A stretch of DNA of 62,841 nt from Piedraia hortae CBS 480.64 (taxonomy: Eukaryota), in assembly GCA_010093745.1 (NCBI GenBank), contig MU005979.1, positions 186,001 through 248,841 of the forward strand, read 5' to 3'. The translations under genes were made by a program, and so were the position numbers. Shown one piece after another: positions 58,468-62,841 of this stretch (its first letter is position 1; every line of letters starts with the position of its first letter). A model generated the notes under the pieces. It was not told the origin of the DNA. It did not search any database and saw only the letters and a program-made list of their open reading frames with translations.

Positions 58468-60914
58468 AGGGGATGATGTTAGGTGAGTAGGTAGGTAATG
58501 TAACGTGTGGTAAGGTTGTGGTGAGCAAACTTTATGTCGAGATGGGTATACATATCTGCATAGTTTGTGCTTTCAGGTGACACGTCGGTTCACTGTCTGT
58601 GGGGACGGGTATGTTCAGCTGGTAGTGAACTAGACATGCTCAATTAGTTTTCCATGAAGGTTTAATGTCTTGTAGGATTGCAATTCTCGTTTAGTGGTTA
58701 CTCAAACTGATGATCCAACTTACCCATTTACAGCTTAATATCTAGAGGAACCGATGAGGGTCAAGGAGCAAATATGTTCAATTTCCTCGAGGGAGCTGAG
58801 CGTGACCTTGCAGCCTCTCAAACATTAGGTAGATTGTACAACTTGACGTACATACGTCTAAATTCTGGAGCATGCGTTCAGTCCCGTCCAATTTTCGCCA
58901 AAACCCAATTGGGGTAGAAAGTGGGGCGTTCAGTGCCCACGCCGACTTTTCTGGGGTGGTTTCTCCGCGACAAGTTGACTTGTCACCTGTCTGCCCCAGG
59001 CCATCCAATTTTTGCATTCTCTGGGGTAAAAAGTTAGCGCACACGTCGAATTAGGGTCTATGCCAGTCTACCTTAATCAGAGCAAACATTCTACACAAAT
59101 TTGATCACACTCTCGACCTCCGCACAACACATCATTTCTAACGACCTTTTGACACTTCCACTGCCGGAAGAGTAAGCTAATCATGATTCAGAGGTTGTGA
59201 CAGACGTCTTTGGTGAGAGAGATGATGGCGGCATTTATTACGCAGCTTGAGCAGGTGATCATACAGGAAAATATCATCCAATTTCCGCTACTATATGGTC
59301 TACATTGCCGAAACCATGTTACAACCGTATTAACGACAAATAAGGTCGCCCATGCCCTGACAAACCCCGAATCAACAGCAAATGTCTTATTCTTGTATGA
59401 ATTTCTTACATCCAAACTGGCAAGGTTCAACATAGCTAGGGAAAAAATGGCACAGGCCACGAAAGGGAAGCCCCCAACGTCAGGGAGGCTATCTGGCTTG
59501 TGCAGAAGGAGTTCAGTGAGATAGAGACGCCGCCGACCACAGAACAGAAGACTGCGAACACGATCTGGAGCTGACGGCCGAGTACAACGCAGCCAGAGGT
59601 ACGGTCCAGGGCTTGCGCTACGCTTCGTACATGTGCTGAATCCCGCAAAATAATTGGACACATCAGGTGGCATAAACGGTAAGGCGATTGCGCAGGGAAG
59701 GATTCTACCGAAACTGATCGCACAACGCAAATCTCGCAAAGTGGAACTGGCCATAGGGTTTAGCCAACATCATCCTTCATGGAATCGTCATGGACGAACC
59801 AGCCCTGGCGCAGAATTACTCCTCCAACTTGCTGTACACTGTGAATTGCAGCTCCTCACGCCCTGGGAGAATCGACAACACGGACTATCAGGAGCCTTGT
59901 ATCGGCGTTTCTGATAAGCCACCTAAGGAAATGCCCCTCCGGAGAAAAGCTTTGAAAACTCGTGGTGTGCAGATAATCGCACGACAACTGCACCAAATTC
60001 CATAAGAAGTTCAGCCACCATCACCTATCTCTGTTAGGGAAAGACACCCCGCTGTGCTAAGTCGCGTACGGCAGGAAGCAATTGGAGAGAGAAAGATAGA
60101 AAAGATTCAATGGAAGCAGACCACCTCTGCCCGCTGGTACCGATACCCCCATATACACATCTTCCACAAGCCTAACATGCCTGTACAACGGGACAACAAT
60201 ACAAGGTCAGGCGGGATCACAAAAACCAGGGTTCGCACTTCGATCCAGCAAACTGGCCTTTCATTCGATCCATGGCCAATTCTGGCTGATGCCTCTCACC
60301 ACATTGAGAACAGGTTCCAGTCAAAGGCACGGAAATGCAAAAGCCCCCTCCAGGTGTTATACAGCTGGCTTCGGTCTTTCCGGAAAGATATATGTGATCC
60401 ACACAACACATTAGAGTCATCACCCTCACAAACTTCAGCCCCGGGCGTCAAGGAAATGGCAATTTGAAGGAATTCAAGTTTCATCGCAGGTCAGTGCCAT
60501 CGCTTACGTTCCTGAGAGCGTGGCTCGACTCCAAGCTTACCATATCATGCAAGTCCAAACGTACAACGACGACGCAAATAGGGTCCACAAACTCCCTATG
60601 TTTCGGAGGGGTGAACCTCCGAGGACTAAAGTGGAGCGGATATCGACTACAAAAGATTTCACTCAACTTTAACTGGAGAAGTGAAATGTGGATCTCTATC
60701 TCTATGAGGTCAGGTTCGAAACCTCCCCCCACACTACCTCAGTCTAACCGCATTTGCCAGGACAACGTCAGCGAACCATGCCCTTAAGAATGAACGAGAA
60801 AATGACCCGTCTCAGGGAAAACTTTCTATAGAGGTAAAAACCCTGAGAAGTTTCGACTTCTATCTATAGTTCTGGTCATGGTGGGTGCCACATCCTTCTG
60901 ACACTATGCAAATC

Positions 60915-61140
60915 CACCTGGGGAGCATCATTTGGGGAAACTCGGCCTTTATACTCCGTCATCGATCAACCTACACTGGCATATGGCTGCCCGTGCCCGT
61001 TACCACGCCGAGGCACAAGAAAGGAACAATCAAGAAGCTGGGCCAAGCTCTACGTGTCATAAACGCCGCCTACAAGTCGTCTCCAACGGCGATATAGCAG
61101 CACGAGGCTAGCATTTCCCCCATTAACATCGGCCTGCGCT
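60915..61140 (+). mobile_element. Degenerate LINE (Tad1-like) post-RT fragment
   Basis: TWGASFGETRPLY..PTLAYG then ALRVINAAYKSSP..*QHEASISP, with a frameshift and a stop. Confidence 0.65.
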
Positions 61141-62052
61141 TCAGCCAAGACTTTTGATGTAAAGGTCACAGCAGATCACGCAGAGATGCAATGAGGCACG
61201 CTATGCCGTCCTGTCTTGACCACTTAGTCGTGGACACAAGCCATGCGCGCCACGGGGACGCCTTGAGTCTGTGTCTCACTACCAGCGGTGGTGTATTTTT
61301 TCGTAGCCCAGCTGTTGTGTAGCGCTTTTGTCTTTGATAGATTTTGAAACATATGGTATGTGCGAGTGAGAACGATGGATGGAGAGCAGAGGTGTGTGTA
61401 CAAGTGAATACAAGTGTATCTACGAGGGGATATCAGAGAATATATTCTGGGCCAGTAGGCCAGTGCGTAGCCACGAATAAAGAGTCATCAATCGTATGAC
61501 CGTAAACAAGTGGTCATACATGCAGTAGGACCGTCAGCATGCAGTCTTTCTCACCTCAAACAGTAGCAGGGCGCATTCGCCATGTCGCGTGCGACATGAC
61601 CTTAAGGGAAACCTCTGCGAGACCAAAACCTAGGGTGCAGCTGCTGGAGTAAAAGGTGTCGCGCAGTGGCATCGTACACTAATAGCAACGAGACTTCATG
61701 CCAACAGATTTTTTTATTAAGGTTAGGTGTTTACTCTTTTATCAGGTAGCACTACGGAGCTAAAGGGACTACGCAAATTCCGCGAACAGAGCGGATGATA
61801 ACAAATGTACACAGCCAACCCCCCGGTATGATGCTGCGTCACGCAACCTTCCCCGCTTGATACGGAGCCATACCGGAGGGGTTGGCTGTGTAAGGGTAAG
61901 TTACAGGGGACGAACTGATAGTGTGAGTACACTAAGACGTGAATAATTGTATGGTTTTATATACTGCATACACGAGGGGACGTTGTTCATAGTCATCACG
62001 TGACACATCCTTCAACTGGGTACATATCGGTCGTTCACTCCACACGAAGTAC

Positions 62053-62690
62053 TAGACATTCGATGGACAGCTGACACCAGAGAACCTCCTTCCTGCTGGC
62101 GTCTCCCTGAGCTCGCCCCTATCTCTCATTCTCTTCCTCCTGTGCATCGCAACCCTGTATGGAGACCTAAGACCAGTGCAAGGGGTGGTCGTAGTCGGGT
62201 TTGCCGACGACACTAACCTGCTCAGCTGCGGCAAGAACACGCTGTCAAACTGCCGGCGACTCGAAGCAGCACTCGAGATATGCACAAGATGGGCGCACGT
62301 GAGAGGGATGCAATTTGCTCCAGCGAAGAGTGAACTTCTTCACTTCACACGGACCCGATGACCGAGCACAAAGACCGTCTGCTTCGACGGGTACATTATA
62401 CGACCGGTAGAGGAAGCAAGGTTCCTCGGCGTCTGGTTGGACCGCAAGCTGTCCTTCCGGGCGCATCTGGATGCTACGAAAAAGAAGCTTGCAAGACAGA
62501 CTATTGCGCTGACCCGCCTAGCGGTGAAGACCTGGGGGGTGATTTTTGCCAGAGTCAGGCAGATTTACACAGCGGTTATCAGACCCGCGATAGCGTATGG
62601 TGCCTCCGCGTGGCATTTGCCGACCAAGTCCGACGGCGCACCGAGGGCGTATGCAAAGGCCTTGGCTAATGAGCAGAACAAGTGCCTACA
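62053..62690 (+). mobile_element. Truncated LINE (Tad1-like) reverse transcriptase remnant
   Basis: SPLSLILF, GFADD, FAPAKSEL, RFLGVWLDRKLSF and IRPAIAYGASAW motifs; one in-frame TGA at 62359-62361. Confidence 0.92.
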
Positions 62691-62841
62691 CTGCCAACCC
62701 TCTTACATCATGTCACATCATTTTCTCACTTTTTTCACGTCATGTAGCGAGATTGTGTACATCACGTGCCATGATGTAGGATGTGACGCAGCAAGATTAT
62801 TATAATTGTGAGCAGATGTGTACCTGCATACAAATCTCTAC

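Noticed and set aside
59188..60790. Fragmentary ORFs and a GGTTCGAA motif near 60713
   Set aside because: No recognisable protein; no tRNA cloverleaf could be built.
62704..62788. Short inverted motifs (TACATCATG/CATGATGTA) after the LINE fragment
   Set aside because: Too short and too close to the window edge to call a MITE or TIR.

Overview
A 62.8-kb, gene-dense, intron-containing segment of a filamentous ascomycete genome (Pezizomycotina; a Dothideomycete-like assignment is my inference). It holds about 30 protein genes. Most are housekeeping: SEC39, MFS transporter, GST, F-box/LRR-like, Rad51-paralog-like, complex I subunits NDUFS5 and NDUFA1, glutaminase GtaA, m-AAA protease AFG3, NSE3, SF3B5, ALKBH6-like, parvulin, MYST HAT SAS3, Uds1, bHLH, Sls1-like, PAS kinase, RPS7, ankyrin protein, PacC-like, prolyl hydroxylase and GH32. 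There are also two small secreted orphans, two tandem orphan ORFs and two LINE remnants. Three signals stand out. (1) A gene-poor island carries two convergent, divergent ELF1-like genes that the ORF track misses, sharing an apparently perfect 395-bp inverted core inside diverged flanks (gene-conversion signature). (2) A PacC/Rim101-type zinc-finger gene lacks the pH-regulatory C-terminus, has Tyr-periodic repeats instead, and has five GCCAAG sites before its ATG. (3) Many genes show a C-rich-then-G-rich architecture, which in two genes contains nested complementary stems inside coding sequence, suggesting long mRNA hairpins. All calls were made by eye; no searches or folding were run.
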